From Gnetum montanum (Eukaryota > Plantae > Gnetophyta), in assembly GCA_015680685.1 (NCBI GenBank), contig MNCI01002495.1:181961-245960 (forward strand): 64,000 nt of DNA. Direction: 5' to 3'. Within the stretch, counting starts at the first letter, position 1. The number at the start of each line of letters is the position of its first letter. Below, piece by piece: positions 1-12,082 of this stretch. The notes below the pieces were generated by a model. It was not told where the DNA came from, made no database searches, and worked only from the letters and a program-made list of their open reading frames with translations. The position numbers and the translations under genes are program-made.

Positions 1-689
1 TTGCTTTATTATGTCTAAGGGGTGTGCTTTGAATTCTCACTCTTTTTTTTCTTTTTTTCTTTTTTTTTTCTTTTTTTGTGAGAACCACACCATGCAAAGA
101 CTTATTTTTATTCACTCAGCTTCCCAATCTTTGAACAATGTCAGAATGGCAGAAAACCCAAGAGAATGGCTAGCACAAATGCATTAAATCCCCTTGAAGT
201 CACACCCTTTTCATCCTTTGAGTCTTTCCTTGGTTTGAAAAGTACCCAGCCACCAATTCATTAACAAGTTTACTTAGAAAAAGGGAACTGTACAATTCCA
301 AGACAAAGGAGACCATACAGTTGTATGGATGAGTGGACAACGTGGACTCATTGCCTATTTTACCAAAATAACCATACCTTAATATCAACATCATAATTCA
401 AAGGTAAAAACTAAACATTAACAATCAATATGATATAATTCAATCCACCATCATGAGCACTTATTAGATGATGAATAAAAGTAAATCGAGAAAACAAAGA
501 AACAGTAAAAACATGAACGATGGTGTAAAACAAAAATAAGAAAAGTTGGAAGAATGTGTAAAACAAAAATTCAAAAAGAACTGAGGGCCTAGAACAGTTA
601 GCATAGGTGGCCATCTCCCCCACAACTGAGTTGGAAGGAGGAGATTTGAAATAGTGAGCAAGGTTGTCCATCAACAAAGGTAGCATGTG

Positions 690-3600
690 TACTGGCTATC
701 CTAAGCTCATGAAAAGGTTTGGTTTGTTGCACGTTGACCAATAGTTTCTTGTCTCGGCTCTTAGGTTTGTATATTTTCATGGCCCCTAAAGGAAAAGTTG
801 CATAAACAATATAAGGTCCTTCCCACAATGTTTGAAATTTCATACATTGTGGCACATGTGTAGGATTCTAGTAGAGAACCTTATCTCCCGGTTGATATTT
901 AACTTTTCTAATCCTTAGGTTATGACATTATTTATTGAATGCCTTGTGCAATTCATTAGATGATAGGACAGCTAGTCAGTTTTCATCTAGCAAGTTAAGG
1001 GTTACTAACCATTGTTTCTGTGCTACGTCAAGGTCAAGGTTGAGGTCACATGTCATGGATAGTGTACGGAGATCAGTTTGAATGGGAAGTGTTGGTAATT
1101 TACCATACACTAACTCATAGGGAGACTAGCCTATAAGGAGTTTCCATATGGAGTGATATTCCCAAAGAGCATCATTCAGTTTAGTGCTCCAGTCTCACCT
1201 AAACTTGCTAATAGTTCTTGTTAATATTTTCATAATCTCCCTGTTGGTGACTTTTGCTTGACCATTTTCTTGGGGGTGGTATGGTGTAGTCAATTTATGC
1301 TCAACCCCTAAGTGTTGCATTAATTTCTAAAAAGTTGCACTTGTGAAGTGGGTACCATTGTCTCAAATAAGTGCATGAGGCATACCAAACCTGTTAATGA
1401 TTTGTTGTTGAGCAAATCATGTAGCTGTAGATGATGTACAATCCTTAACAGAAGCAGCTTTTGCCCATTTAGTTAGGTAATCAATAGCAATAATAATATA
1501 AGCTTTTCCATTGGACATTGGTGTAATTGGCCCCATAAAATCAATTCCCCAAATGTCAAAGGGCTCTAACGGTTGGATCCATTGTTGCGAACCCTCCATT
1601 CTAGCAGTCATTCTCCCATCACATTAATAGTGCTCACAAGATTGGACAAAACGATGGGCATCCCGAAATAATGTAGGCCAATAATATCCTGCAAGCAAGA
1701 TCTTGATAGCCATTCATCTCCCAGTGTAATGACCCCCACAAGGACCCTCATGAGCATCTTGGAGAACTCTCAATTGATCTATATCAGGAACACACCATCG
1801 AACCAAGCCATCAGGACACACTTTGTAAAGTTGCCCATTAATCTCCATAAAGTACTTGGCTTGGTGAAGAAACTATTGTTTCTTTTTAAGGTTTAACTCT
1901 TGTGGTATTTGTTGTGTGAGGAGATAGGTAAGAATGCTACTGTACCAGTTTGTCTCTGTGGGTGATTGATTATTCACTACACCAACAAAGAGGAATTCAT
2001 TTGGGAAATAATCAAAAATTGGATACTCATCCTCTTTATTGTCCCATCATAATCAAGATAAATGATCAACAACTACGTTCTTAGTGCCTTTACAATCGAT
2101 CATCGTAAGATCGAACTCTTGTAAGATTACAAGCCATTATATGATACGAGGGCTTACCATTGGCTTATTTATGAGGAACCAGATTGCACTATGATCTATA
2201 TGTATATATACTTTATATCCCAATACATAGGGTCTAAAATTTTCTAGTGCAAACACTACAGCCATTAATTCTTTCTCTGTGGTAGTGTAGTTAAGTTGTG
2301 CACCAACGATACTTCTACTTGTACAGTGGATGTAATAAGGACGCTTTTGGTCATCTAACTATGTAAGTACAGCTCCTAAGGCATAGTTGGATGCATCAAT
2401 CATGATATGGAATAGTTTGGACCAGTCAGGAGCTTGTAGAATGGGTGTTTCTACTAGCTTCTGTTTCAGATTTTGAAAAGCTAATTCGCATTCCCTGGTG
2501 CACTCGAAAGGTACATCCTTTTTCATTAATTCCACCAATGATTTGGCAACCTTTGAAAAGTTCTCAATAAATCTCCTATAGTAGCTAGTATGTCTAAGGA
2601 ATGACCAAATATCTTTGACAATTTCCGATTGATGGGTAATTCCTTGGATAACTTTAATTTTCTTGAGGTCTACCTCTATCCCTATGTGTGAGATTTTTTG
2701 CCCTAGTACTACGTCCTCTTAGACCATTAAATGGCTTTTCTACTAGTACAGCCTCAAATTGGTTTCTACACATCTTTTTAACACTTGCTCTAACTAGTCC
2801 AAGGCTTGATCAAATTTTTCTCCATAGGTGGAGAAATCGTCCATAAAAACCTCCATGTCATTCCTTATCTGTTGTTGGAATATGCTTAGAACTAGTCATT
2901 GAAATGTTACAAGGGCATTGCACAAGCCAAACAGCATCTGTTTGTATGCAAACGTTCCCCAAGGATTGGTGAATGTAGTCTTGGCTTGGTCTTTTGGGGC
3001 TATTTGTATTTGTTTATATTCGCTATATCCATCCAGAAAATTGTAATAGCGATGCCCTGCGATGGTGTTTAAGACTTGGTTGACAAATGGCAATGTAAAG
3101 TGATCTTTGAATGTTGTCATATTTAGTGGCCTGAAATCTATGCACACCCTCCATTTACCTCCCTTTTTAGGCATAATAACTAAGGGGCTAACCCTTTCAC
3201 TATCAGCAATGGGGTATATGAATCTAGCCTTAAGAAGCTATTCGATTTCTTCCTTTACTACTTACTTCAACTTAGGGTTCAATCACCTCTGCAGTTATCT
3301 TCGAGGCTTCATGGAGGGGTCAGTGTAAATTCTATGTTGGCATATCCTAGGATCTATTCTAGTTAATTTGGGATATGACCAAGTGAAGGCTTTTGACCAT
3401 TTATTTATTACCTTCAACAGTTCTTCTTTCTGTTGAGGAGCAAGCTTAGCGTTGATAATCACCAGTGTTCCATTTTTAAGAAATGTGTATTCCATATCGG
3501 TGGGCAATGATTTCAGCTCAAGGGGCTCTTCAAGGTTAAGACTTGGAAGTTAGTAGTGGACTTTCTCTAATGCGTTTATGCTATCGATGTAATCACAAGT

Positions 3601-4330
3601 CAAACCCTCAGTTGGTTCCATGCATATGAGTGAACTGCTTTCTTAATTAGCTGTCAGCCACTGGATGTCTTCTTGTCATGTGGTTGCTGCATACAGGCAT
3701 CTTTGTATGTTAATCACTTGTGCACACTGATTGCATGCAGGCAATGCTAAACTTTCCAAACCATAACCTCTACATGCAATTACACCTTGTGTCACTATAT
3801 GCAATACACAGAACTTTCTTCTTCTCGATCTTTCCAAATGCATTTTCCTTTGATATTTCTAGGGAAAGATCACAAATTCCTAGGCGTGCATCGATGGTGC
3901 TTAGCCATGCTCTTCCCATTATGATTGGGAAGTCCCCCTTACCATTGTTTACCTGAATCACTAGGAAGTCAGCTGAGTACGACCACCCACAAATAGTGGT
4001 AACAATGTCTTCCACCAATCCCAATGGGATAGTGATGGACTGGTCGGCCAACTCTAGATGGATGTTGCTCTTTTTCAATGGAGGCAGGTTCCGGGCCTTG
4101 TACATTTCTTGAGAAATCAAGTTGAAGGTGGAACCTGAATCCAAAGGAGCCTTGCATGGTGCATTTCTAGTGATTTGTAAGTATATTAGAGGACTTCCAG
4201 GATCAGATAATTTCTTAGGAAGGTGGCCAGCTTTGATCCAATCAGTGACGGCATGTGTTAGCATGACCGTATGCATTGAGTGCAATGATTAGGTTGAAGG
4301 GGGCTCCAAAGTTTTGATTGATACTAAGGC
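690..4330 (-). pseudogene. pol: Athila-type pol remnant: protease (~3770-4285), RT (~2560-3330), RNase H (~2060-2460), integrase (~690-1960)
   Basis: Protease: KLSDPGSP, LDSGSTFNLI, LELADQSITIPLGLVED, FPIIMGRAWL. RT: KWRVCIDFRPLN, FLDGYSEYKQI, MEVFMDDFS. RNase H: DASNYALGAVL, NYTTTEKEL. Integrase: FDIWGIDFMGP, IDYLTKWA, WEGPY. Interrupted by stops and frameshifts; boundaries approximate. Confidence 0.92.
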
Positions 4331-6450
4331 ATCTAAGGAATAAACCGCTTGTGATTGCAAGGGCTTGGTTGTTCTGTTGGTTCTAAAGAAATTTCTTTTC
4401 TTCATGTGGTTGTTGGAATCAATAGTAGGTTGAGAGTTAACATCCCTTATGGCATTACTTTGCTACGGCTGGGTAGGGATTTCACCTTGCATAGCTGGAG
4501 CAGGTGGTAGTGGAGCTATTGGTGGAAGAGATGTGGCCAGATGAGAAGGATGATATGCTTGTAGAATATCACCCCTAGAAGAGGAAGTCCCATAATACTC
4601 GTGGGCTCGGTAGCAAGGTTGACGAGTGATGTGACCAATAGAGTCACGTGGGAAGATTGGCTACTGCACGTAATATCCATATGGGTCAGGTTACCAGTAA
4701 GGATACTGTTACCTTAGTGGTAGCATTCCCCATGATTGTGGGTGCTACCACTGTTGATATTGCTCAATCGGTTGTGGAGTTCCACTTGGATAATACATTA
4801 AGGGTTGGTGGAACTATCTTAGGTTACCTTGGAGGTAAGGTAACCTTTGGGGTGCTTGCTGTTTGTTCAATCGTGGGTTGAGTGCATACACCCCAAACTC
4901 TTGCGAATGTGAGATTACAAGGCAACATCCCTTAAGATGGTCATATTGACATATTTCACATCCACTATCATTGTCTATTTCTAGCTCCACAACCTCTTCA
5001 ATGATGGCAACTTTGCCCTTACCCTTGCTACATGCATGTTCAACTTCTCTCTTTTTTCTTTTTTCGCGATCACGACCTTGCTCTTGAGACTCCTCTACTA
5101 TTTTAAGAACATATTGAAATCTATTGTCTAGGGAATCCCACATTTGTTCTACCTTTTCCAATACTTCTAATGTCAACTTTTGGATAGGCAAATTTTTCCT
5201 ATTCACCATCTCTTCGAGTGATGACTCTTCTTCATCCTTACAAAATCTTACTCCCCTCCTCCAAAGGGAAGGATCTCGGTTATACTCTTATGCACTTTCT
5301 CTCTTCCGTAGCTCACCTTCTTCCTTAGCAACTTGCTCCAATAGTCTTTGAATTTGATGGGACCTAAGCTTGGATAGTCTTCCTTGGGCATAAGTCCCAA
5401 GGGTTCTTCTCGTTTCATGCCTAAGCTCATCCACAAGATGGCGTAATTGATCCCTTTGCGAATAACCATGGCTAGGAAAATGATGTAACAGTGCATAATA
5501 TCGGCCCATGGCAGCATCCAAGGGTTCATGTCCTCCTTGTTTCTAGCCTTGGATTTGCTTTCACAAGTTAGACACTCGGGAGTACATTTGGTACTTGTCA
5601 TTAAATAGTTCTAACATAGTATTCCACCTACGAATGGATTCTGGTTCTAAAGACCGGTACCAGCTTTCTACCTCTTTAACTAATGTTCATGGGAACAACT
5701 TAAGTTTTTGCCATTCGTTCTCTATGTTTTGTAAGGCACACGCATCATGGAATGGTTGTAAATGATTCTGAGGATTAGCGTTGTATCCCCCTTCAAATCA
5801 TGGAATGTTGTTCATATCTAATCTCTTGATCCTACTATCTTTCTGGTGCCTTGTTGGAATTCTAATAGCCTCAGTTATGTTTAACATACTTTGAATAGTG
5901 AGTAGGAGTTCATCGTGATTGTCTTGTCCATGGCATCTATGATGCCTACATTGTTCCCTACTCTCCCTTCTTCTATGTCGTGACTCTCTAGAGTGCCCTT
6001 GTCCCCTTTCTTGGCTATTTTGTCAATGACTTTCACTTTGCCTACCTTTATCCCCATGGTCTTTTTCTTTATGACCACGTCCGGATATTAAAGGAGAGGG
6101 TGAAGGAGATGATGAAGGTGAAGAAGAAGTAGAACCGTCACCATGACTGTGTCTGCTACCTTCTCTTCTACGGTATTGGCCCCGATTGCGATTGCGATTA
6201 GAATGTCCACCTTTATTATGAGTTCGTGTCCCTTTTTCAGACCCTTTATGCCCGTGGGTATCAAAACCTAGGTTATGAATAGTGAAATGAAGGGGAGGAA
6301 CATCGTTGTATATCTGATACACAACCCCTTGGCCAAAGTTAAGGGGAGGAACATCGTTGTGTGGGCGACTACCTGAGGTAGGTCCACCACCCTCATTATC
6401 ACTTAAGACATGTGGGACATCCTAGGACCACTTACCCTTCAAAGACTTAT
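4330..6450 (-). pseudogene. gag: Athila-type gag remnant
   Basis: WQKLKLFP.TLVKEVESWYRSLEPESIRRW...LELFNDKY (Retrotrans_gag-like) and a CEICQYDHLKGC knuckle. Homologous to the gag regions at 21602-23648, 36200-37490 and 62200-64000. Boundaries approximate. Confidence 0.85.
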
Positions 6451-6934
6451 GATGTCTCTCTTGTTGCAAGTCCCTTTGATGTTGTGCCCCCATGGGATGG
6501 TATTCTCTCGAGTCATGCTCTTGCACAACGTATTCTGCATGTAAGTGCAGCATGCCAATTCATGTGAGAGCACAAAGAAGCATGCTTGGAACTGAATAAT
6601 CGGGAGGTAACACTATGTTACCTTCTAAGTCTCACCAACACAATTGTTCGTCTTGATGGAGGATAAAGGTGAATTTTGGTATATACTCATCGGCATAAAT
6701 ATATACCACTCAAACTTGTTGAGGGACTGGCGGATCAACATCATGTGTATTACGCCATCGACTGTTTCCTGTTTCAAACCTAGGCGGTGAGGCGCTTTCG
6801 TACAAAGAAGGAGACATACTTGTCTATTCAGTGTGCAATGTATTCTTGTTTATTATTTTCTCAATCAACCCTAAGGGTTCATTTCAATGATGTGAATGAT
6901 TTCCTATGTTCTAGTTAGCGCATAAACAACTAAG

Positions 6935-6952
6935 TCCTCGACAACGGTGCCA
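6935..6952 (-). promoter_or_regulatory. Primer-binding site, tRNA-Asp type
   Basis: Minus strand reads ...CTCATCA T TGGCACCGTTGTCGAGGA, directly after the LTR end. Confidence 0.85.
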
Positions 6953-6953
6953 A

Positions 6954-7906
6954 TGATGAGTGGCGAGGTACCCCTACGCTCAATCATACGAATATGAGCG
7001 TTTCACATACGATCTAGTCAAATTCCAAGGACTAAGTGCTTATGCACCCTTGTGGAACAAGGATAGGTTGGTTGATCATTGTCTTCCCAAGCTTACTTGT
7101 ATGTCATGATTGTATGGTTAAGTAAGCTTAAGGCATATGATTTTTATATCGTTTATGTTTTTATGTCCTGCTGCTAATAAGGGAGGAGAGAGGGATAACT
7201 AAGTGACTAATTTAACTTAACTACTGATTAACTAGGCTTTAGCTAATCCTAACACCAATATCCGTTCTCACTTGCCATACACATCCTGAACCAGTGCAAC
7301 ACTATTGGCATTACCAAACGCTAATCGTTACTGGGTTACCAAGTGTTACGCGCATGCTCGAAGTGATCGTACTAAGTGTAATTTAACAATTTGCTGAATT
7401 GATCAAAATGAATTGCTACGCTAATAACATAAATGTAAAGTTCATAAAATAAAATAAATGCATAAGAAAATAAAATAAAAGAAATGTGTAAGAAAACAAA
7501 TCTCAAGTGCTACAAGGATGAATCAAAGAGCTCGTCTTTATTGCTGTACACAAGGTGTGCTCAAGTACACAATGCTCGAATAAAGATCCATCCACACTTT
7601 GACCTCCTACTGTGGGCACTTGGAAAATACTCTAACTTTCAAATAGACTACAAGAGTTTTACTACTTGACTGCTACAAGACTTCTCCCAATTGTGCACCT
7701 GGGCACTATATTTATAGACTTGGGAGCAACTACTCTAATAATTAGAATAGCTGCTCTAATAATAACTGCTCTAATAATAACCACTCTAATAATTAGAGTA
7801 ACCACTCTAGTAATTAGAGTAACTGCTCTAATAATAACCACTCTAATAATTAGAGTAACCACTCTAATAATAACCACTCTAATTATTAAAGTAATCGCTC
7901 TCATCA
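6954..7906 (-). repeat. 5' LTR of A1 (953 bp)
   Basis: TGATGAG...CTCATCA inverted termini; colinear and highly similar to the solo LTR at 17332-18251. Confidence 0.95.
7728..7900. repeat. Tandem array of palindromic ACTCTAAT(A)ATTAGAGT / ACTCTAATAATA units in the LTR U3
   Basis: Directly visible 21-bp and 12-bp units. They generate the spurious IIRV/ITTL repeat ORFs in the track. Confidence 0.9.
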
Positions 7907-8120
7907 ATGTACATCATATGATTGGATTATTTATTAAAAATATCTTTATTAAATCTTTGATCGTAGGATCCTTGGATAATTAGACTTGTACAAAAGATGT
8001 CAAATCAAATATTAATAGAATACCTTATGAATCTATTAAAAAAGCTTATTTTTAATAATTATCTTAGCATAATTTAATTTAATTAACATTTTGTTGGAGG
8101 AGAGGCGGAAGGGGGATAGT

Positions 8121-8480
8121 TGTTGAAACCCACAACAAACTAACTATGTATACCCCAATGACATATTGCCAACATGTAGAACTTAAGTAGAATATAAATG
8201 CAAGTCAAGTATAATTTGAACTAGTAATTTATTATCTGCATATCACTTGTTAGACAATAAGATAAGCAATTAAATGAACTAGTGACTTATATTATATAAG
8301 TTGCCAATGATAGGTGGCTTAAGTTGTTAGCTCATTTTCCAATAAGGATTTACAAGTTATAGGTTGTTAGTTTCACTCACACTTGAGATATCATTAATTT
8401 CCTATATAATTCTTCTAATATATCATATTAGCTATATGTCTTGGAGTGTACTTCTAGTCAAATTATTTTATGTTTCAACA
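8121..8480 (+). mobile_element. Short (360 bp) LTR, probably a copia 3' LTR with its PPT
   Basis: Perfect 9-bp inverted ends TGTTGAAAC...GTTTCAACA, internal CCTATATAA, and upstream purine tract GAAGGGGGA. No TSD. Confidence 0.55.
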
Positions 8481-10083
8481 ACCCTTATAGTCAATGAGTC
8501 AAAAATGATAACTAACACACTATTGTCAATAAGGCATTACTAAGTTAAAGCATGCAAGTTGTGATTTGCAAATCATCGGTTTGATTCTTACATATATGCT
8601 AATGTAGTATACTATTATATTTACCAAAAGTATTATGAAAGGTCATATAGGATATATATATCCTCAAGGTACATGTAGTCATCTAATTTTGGTTTCGGTA
8701 CCATCCTCTATCCTAGTAAGCATGATGCCTACCTCTTAATAATTAACACACAAACCCTCTTAGGACCCCACTTAGCAGGATGTGCATTAGAGGCTCCATG
8801 TGACGATTCTTTTTTTTTTTTTAATCATGAAAGTTCAATTTCAATGAGCACGGCATTATGTTTAATGAAAGTATCTTGAAAGTTTGTATCAGTTATATGT
8901 CCTAGGGATCTACATAGTCATTTAGTTATGGGTTTAACACCTTGATGCATCTTTCCTATCTCCTCCTCCTCCACCTTAGTCACCCCATCCCATGACCCCT
9001 CCAACCCATGAAAAAAATTATAGCTAACAAAATTATGAAACTGAAATCTTCAATTATTGTCTCTAACTTATAATTGCCAACTAAAATTGATCCTATTACC
9101 TAAGGTTTTTATCTTAAGATTCTTACAACAAAACCAACATCTTATCAATTAAATTATATTAAATTACATTGTCAATTATCATAAACTAACTTCTTATCAA
9201 TTAAATTATATTACATTACATAGTGAATTATCATAACATATTTGCATGCAATAACACTTCTTCAAATATTTCAGATTTAAGCGACTTTACTACTTACCTA
9301 ACGTTGCAGTGAAAGATAATTTGGGATGACGAGACGGGATACATTCAATGTTCTTCATTTACTCTTTGCCACAATTTATCCTGGATTTTCACAAAACATC
9401 TTACATAAATTCCCGAAACCAATTTTCACACAAATCATGATCTAAGGGACCTCCCCCGCATTAACTTTCCGTGTTCAAACCATGATCCATCACCCCAACC
9501 CCACCATTGGCCCGCATGTCCAAGGAGATATCCAAAACTCCGAAGGTGCACCAAGCATTCTCCACAATCAAGATTTTTGACAATTATCATTTTAGCAAAG
9601 CTATGGTGGGTACAACATCACCTTTTTGTATTCAAAGGCATGGTCCAAGACCCAACCTTCTCACCAGCTCATCCTCCTCATCAACGGTGCCATATACAAA
9701 AAATAACATGAAAAAGACCAACCCCAATTCAAACCAGAGAGATACGTAAATCCAACATCACATTCCTAAAGGATTATCGTGGTGCCTAGGATGTTGGATG
9801 TTGCAGCATAATCTACAATGTAGTACCCACCAATACTAAATCAAATATATTTTGATCCATGTCATTGTCAAGTTCTTTTCAAAATTCTAAAAACCTTCGC
9901 TGAGGTTCATAAACTCATAAAAAAAATTTCTCTTTGGAGAATTATTTTTGTCTCTAACATAGTACTTTAATTAGATACGTTTTTGTAAATGCACACTACA
10001 AAAATACGGCATTAATGCTGTTTATGAAGATGGCCAGTGGAGGCCATCCGTAATCCACTAATTTAAAAACGCCATAATTCCCC

Positions 10084-10135
10084 GCCGACGTGTCACGTCA
10101 GAGAGCCCCACCGACGTGGCATCCGAGGCACGCGT
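10084..10135 (+). promoter_or_regulatory. Cluster of DRE/CRT, ABRE and CGCG (CAMTA-type) motifs
   Basis: GCCGACGTGTC (10084-10094), ACGTCA (10095-10100), ACCGACGTGGC (10110-10120), ACGCGT (10130-10135), upstream of a TATA-like TTTATAT at 10207-10213. Confidence 0.6.
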
Positions 10136-10283
10136 TGCGATCAGATCGGACGATCCGGATGCGATCCCAGCGCCGAAGGCGCGCACTCGTTTATGGCACA
10201 GTGGAGTTTATATGGCCCAGTTCTGCAAATTTTGGCGTCCCTGTTTAGATTCATTTCGCTCACTCACAGCTTCACTTTCAGTC

Positions 10284-11198
10284 ATGGCCAGAACTGTGTC
10301 TGCAACTCAGAAACCGGATCACGCATTAACGACGACGACAACAGCAGCAGCGACAACATTGCAGCAGCAGAAATGCAGTAATTCAGCAACTTCGGCTTCA
10401 AAATCTGCAAAATCCAGAGCAAATAACAAGAAGACTCACGCAGCGGCTGCGGCGGCTGCTGCAGTTTCTGAAGCAGAGAATTTCAAGGCGGTGCGATCCT
10501 CGTGTCACGATATCTGCAAATACGGCAGTGCGAATTCCGGTCCTACTAATCTTACAAAGGCCTCTTCTCGCGTTACTGATCACCAGAGCTTTGGCCGATC
10601 GCCGAAGAAAACCCCCGTGAAAGCTGCTGGTTCTGCTGCGGCTTCTCCGAATTCCGCGTCTACTCGAAATCCAGCGCGTTCCGGCAATGGCATGAGCAGA
10701 TCGGCGAGAAAAAGCTCCGGCGGAAGTAAAGGCACAAAAGCGGAGCAGGAAGTGTCCAAAACGAAGGCGAAAGTGCGATCTTTGTGCAGATCCTCGTCGA
10801 ATAACGGCAACGGGAGAGCTGTTTTTGCGGAATCTGAGAAAAGCGGCGATGGAGAGAGCTCCGGTGGTGACTCTGCGAAAAACGGCGAAGACGCAGAGGC
10901 TTTTCAAGAGGATTCGAGTTTGGCGCTAGGGTTTGAAGGAGAGAGCGAGGAAAAGCAGCGTTCGCGGAAGCGCTGGGGCGAGTGCTACCGGCCGACTCTG
11001 GCTCCAGAAGGCGAAGACGGCGAGGAGGAGTCGGAGAAGAAGAAATCCGGTGAGGATTGGATGATCGATCACGATATTGAGGAAGCCGTTAGCAAGCCTT
11101 CGCAGACTGGAGACAGTGGCGGCAGCAAGGTCAAGGTTCTCGTCGGCATGTTTGAGTCCGTCATTTCGCATTCCGATAATACCTGCAAATGCCGGTAA
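10284..11198 (+). CDS. Plant calmodulin-binding-domain protein (PF07839-like), intronless, ~304 aa
   Basis: Open frame in a CpG-rich island. N-terminal SSCHDICKYG motif and C-terminal EDWMIDHDIEEAVSK...KVKVLVGMFESVIS match the plant CaM_binding family pattern. ATG 10284 (gtcATGG) lies ~70 bp after a TATA-like box; the track's GTG start at 10116 lies in the promoter. Confidence 0.85.
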   Translation: MARTVSATQKPDHALTTTTTAAATTLQQQKCSNSATSASKSAKSRANNKKTHAAAAAAAAVSEAENFKAVRSSCHDICKYGSANSGPTNLTKASSRVTDHQSFGRSPKKTPVKAAGSAAASPNSASTRNPARSGNGMSRSARKSSGGSKGTKAEQEVSKTKAKVRSLCRSSSNNGNGRAVFAESEKSGDGESSGGDSAKNGEDAEAFQEDSSLALGFEGESEEKQRSRKRWGECYRPTLAPEGEDGEEESEKKKSGEDWMIDHDIEEAVSKPSQTGDSGGSKVKVLVGMFESVISHSDNTCKCR

Positions 11199-11788
11199 CG
11201 GATGGCTGGGATGAAAAGATTTACAGAGATTACAGTTACGGCACATTTTATATTAGGTTCCGGTTCTTCTGCAAATTTAAGGCCCTTTTTGTGTTTTGGT
11301 GTGAACTGCCTTACCGAAGGAAAGATTCAGAGGTCCGGATGCAAGATTTCGTGAGATTTGAGATATGTACCTCACTTTTATGAAATTATTTATATTTTAT
11401 TTCATTGCTGCTGCTGGAATTGGTTTCTGTATGTAATTGAAAGAAATGGATCGAAAGTTGGGAATTCCTACGTTACAGTTTCATCTCTACGATGTTAATA
11501 TAATTTGTATCTGTTGTTGGAATTGGATTTGGAACTGGTTTGTTCTTTGCACTTCTTTTCAGTGCATTTCTCTTTCTGTTGGTACTGGAGTGAACCTTTG
11601 AACTCTGTAAAGAAATTAATTCGGAATTCGCAATCTCTACATTTGTTTTCATTTTTTTTTTCACACTCCATTTGTATTCTTACAAACTGGAGTCTGCTCC
11701 TTTCATCTGCGTTGGTGTTTGAACCGCTTTGTACTGCAACGAATAGGAGTCGATGTTTCAACCTTGCTATGTGTGTTTCGATTCCGTT

Positions 11789-12082
11789 TCAACAAATTTC
11801 ACGTGTTTTCTGTGTTAGCTGAGGTCCGCTCGTCTGTGATGCAATGAAATCGAACAATGTTGCCGGAAACGATCCGCTTTTGTGGTCGGTCCAGTGGATA
11901 GTGGCTTTATTACTTCCAACTCTCTTTACCGATTCTTTCTTGCTTTTGCTATTCACCTTTAGCTTTTTGCTGGAGAACAACACCGATGTGTCTGTGCGAG
12001 ACGGAGAATTCTTTGCCTTTATTTTGCCGTTGCTCTTACTTTCTTGCATCCTTCTTGAGCAGATACATGCACTCCGGGGGAT
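11789..12082 (-). other. Putative coding exon of an unannotated minus-strand gene (K/S-rich, 97 codons plus stop)
   Basis: Canonical acceptor TTTTTTGCAG| at 12083-12084 followed by an open frame IPRSAC...MQESKSNGK...REIC*. CpG retained. No recognisable domain and no upstream exon identified. Confidence 0.3.

Larger units (their letters stand above)
1..7906 (-). mobile_element. Degenerate Ty3/gypsy LTR retrotransposon, Athila-type (copy A1); 3' end runs off the window
   Basis: Minus-strand order is 5' LTR (6954-7906), PBS, gag, protease, RT, RNase H, integrase (gypsy order). PBS TGGCACCGTTGTCGAGGA is close to the tRNA-Asp PBS TGGCGCCGTTGCCGGGGA used by Athila. Many in-frame stops. Confidence 0.93.

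Noticed and set aside
7662-7983. Repetitive ORFs (IIRVVT / ITTLIIR) as proteins
   Set aside because: They are translations of the palindromic U3 tandem array and cross the LTR boundary.
9140-9236. ~53-bp tandem duplication; also a ~33-bp duplication at 50700-50760
   Set aside because: Ordinary local slippage or repair duplications with no further signal.
10116-10283. N-terminal extension of the CaM-binding protein from GTG 10116 or ATG 10212
   Set aside because: The GTG lies within ABRE motifs and ATG 10212 overlaps the TATA-like box; ATG 10284 has better context. Not fully excluded.
10398-11246. Minus-strand ORFs over the CaM-binding gene
   Set aside because: Shadow ORFs of a GC-rich CDS with no recognisable motifs.
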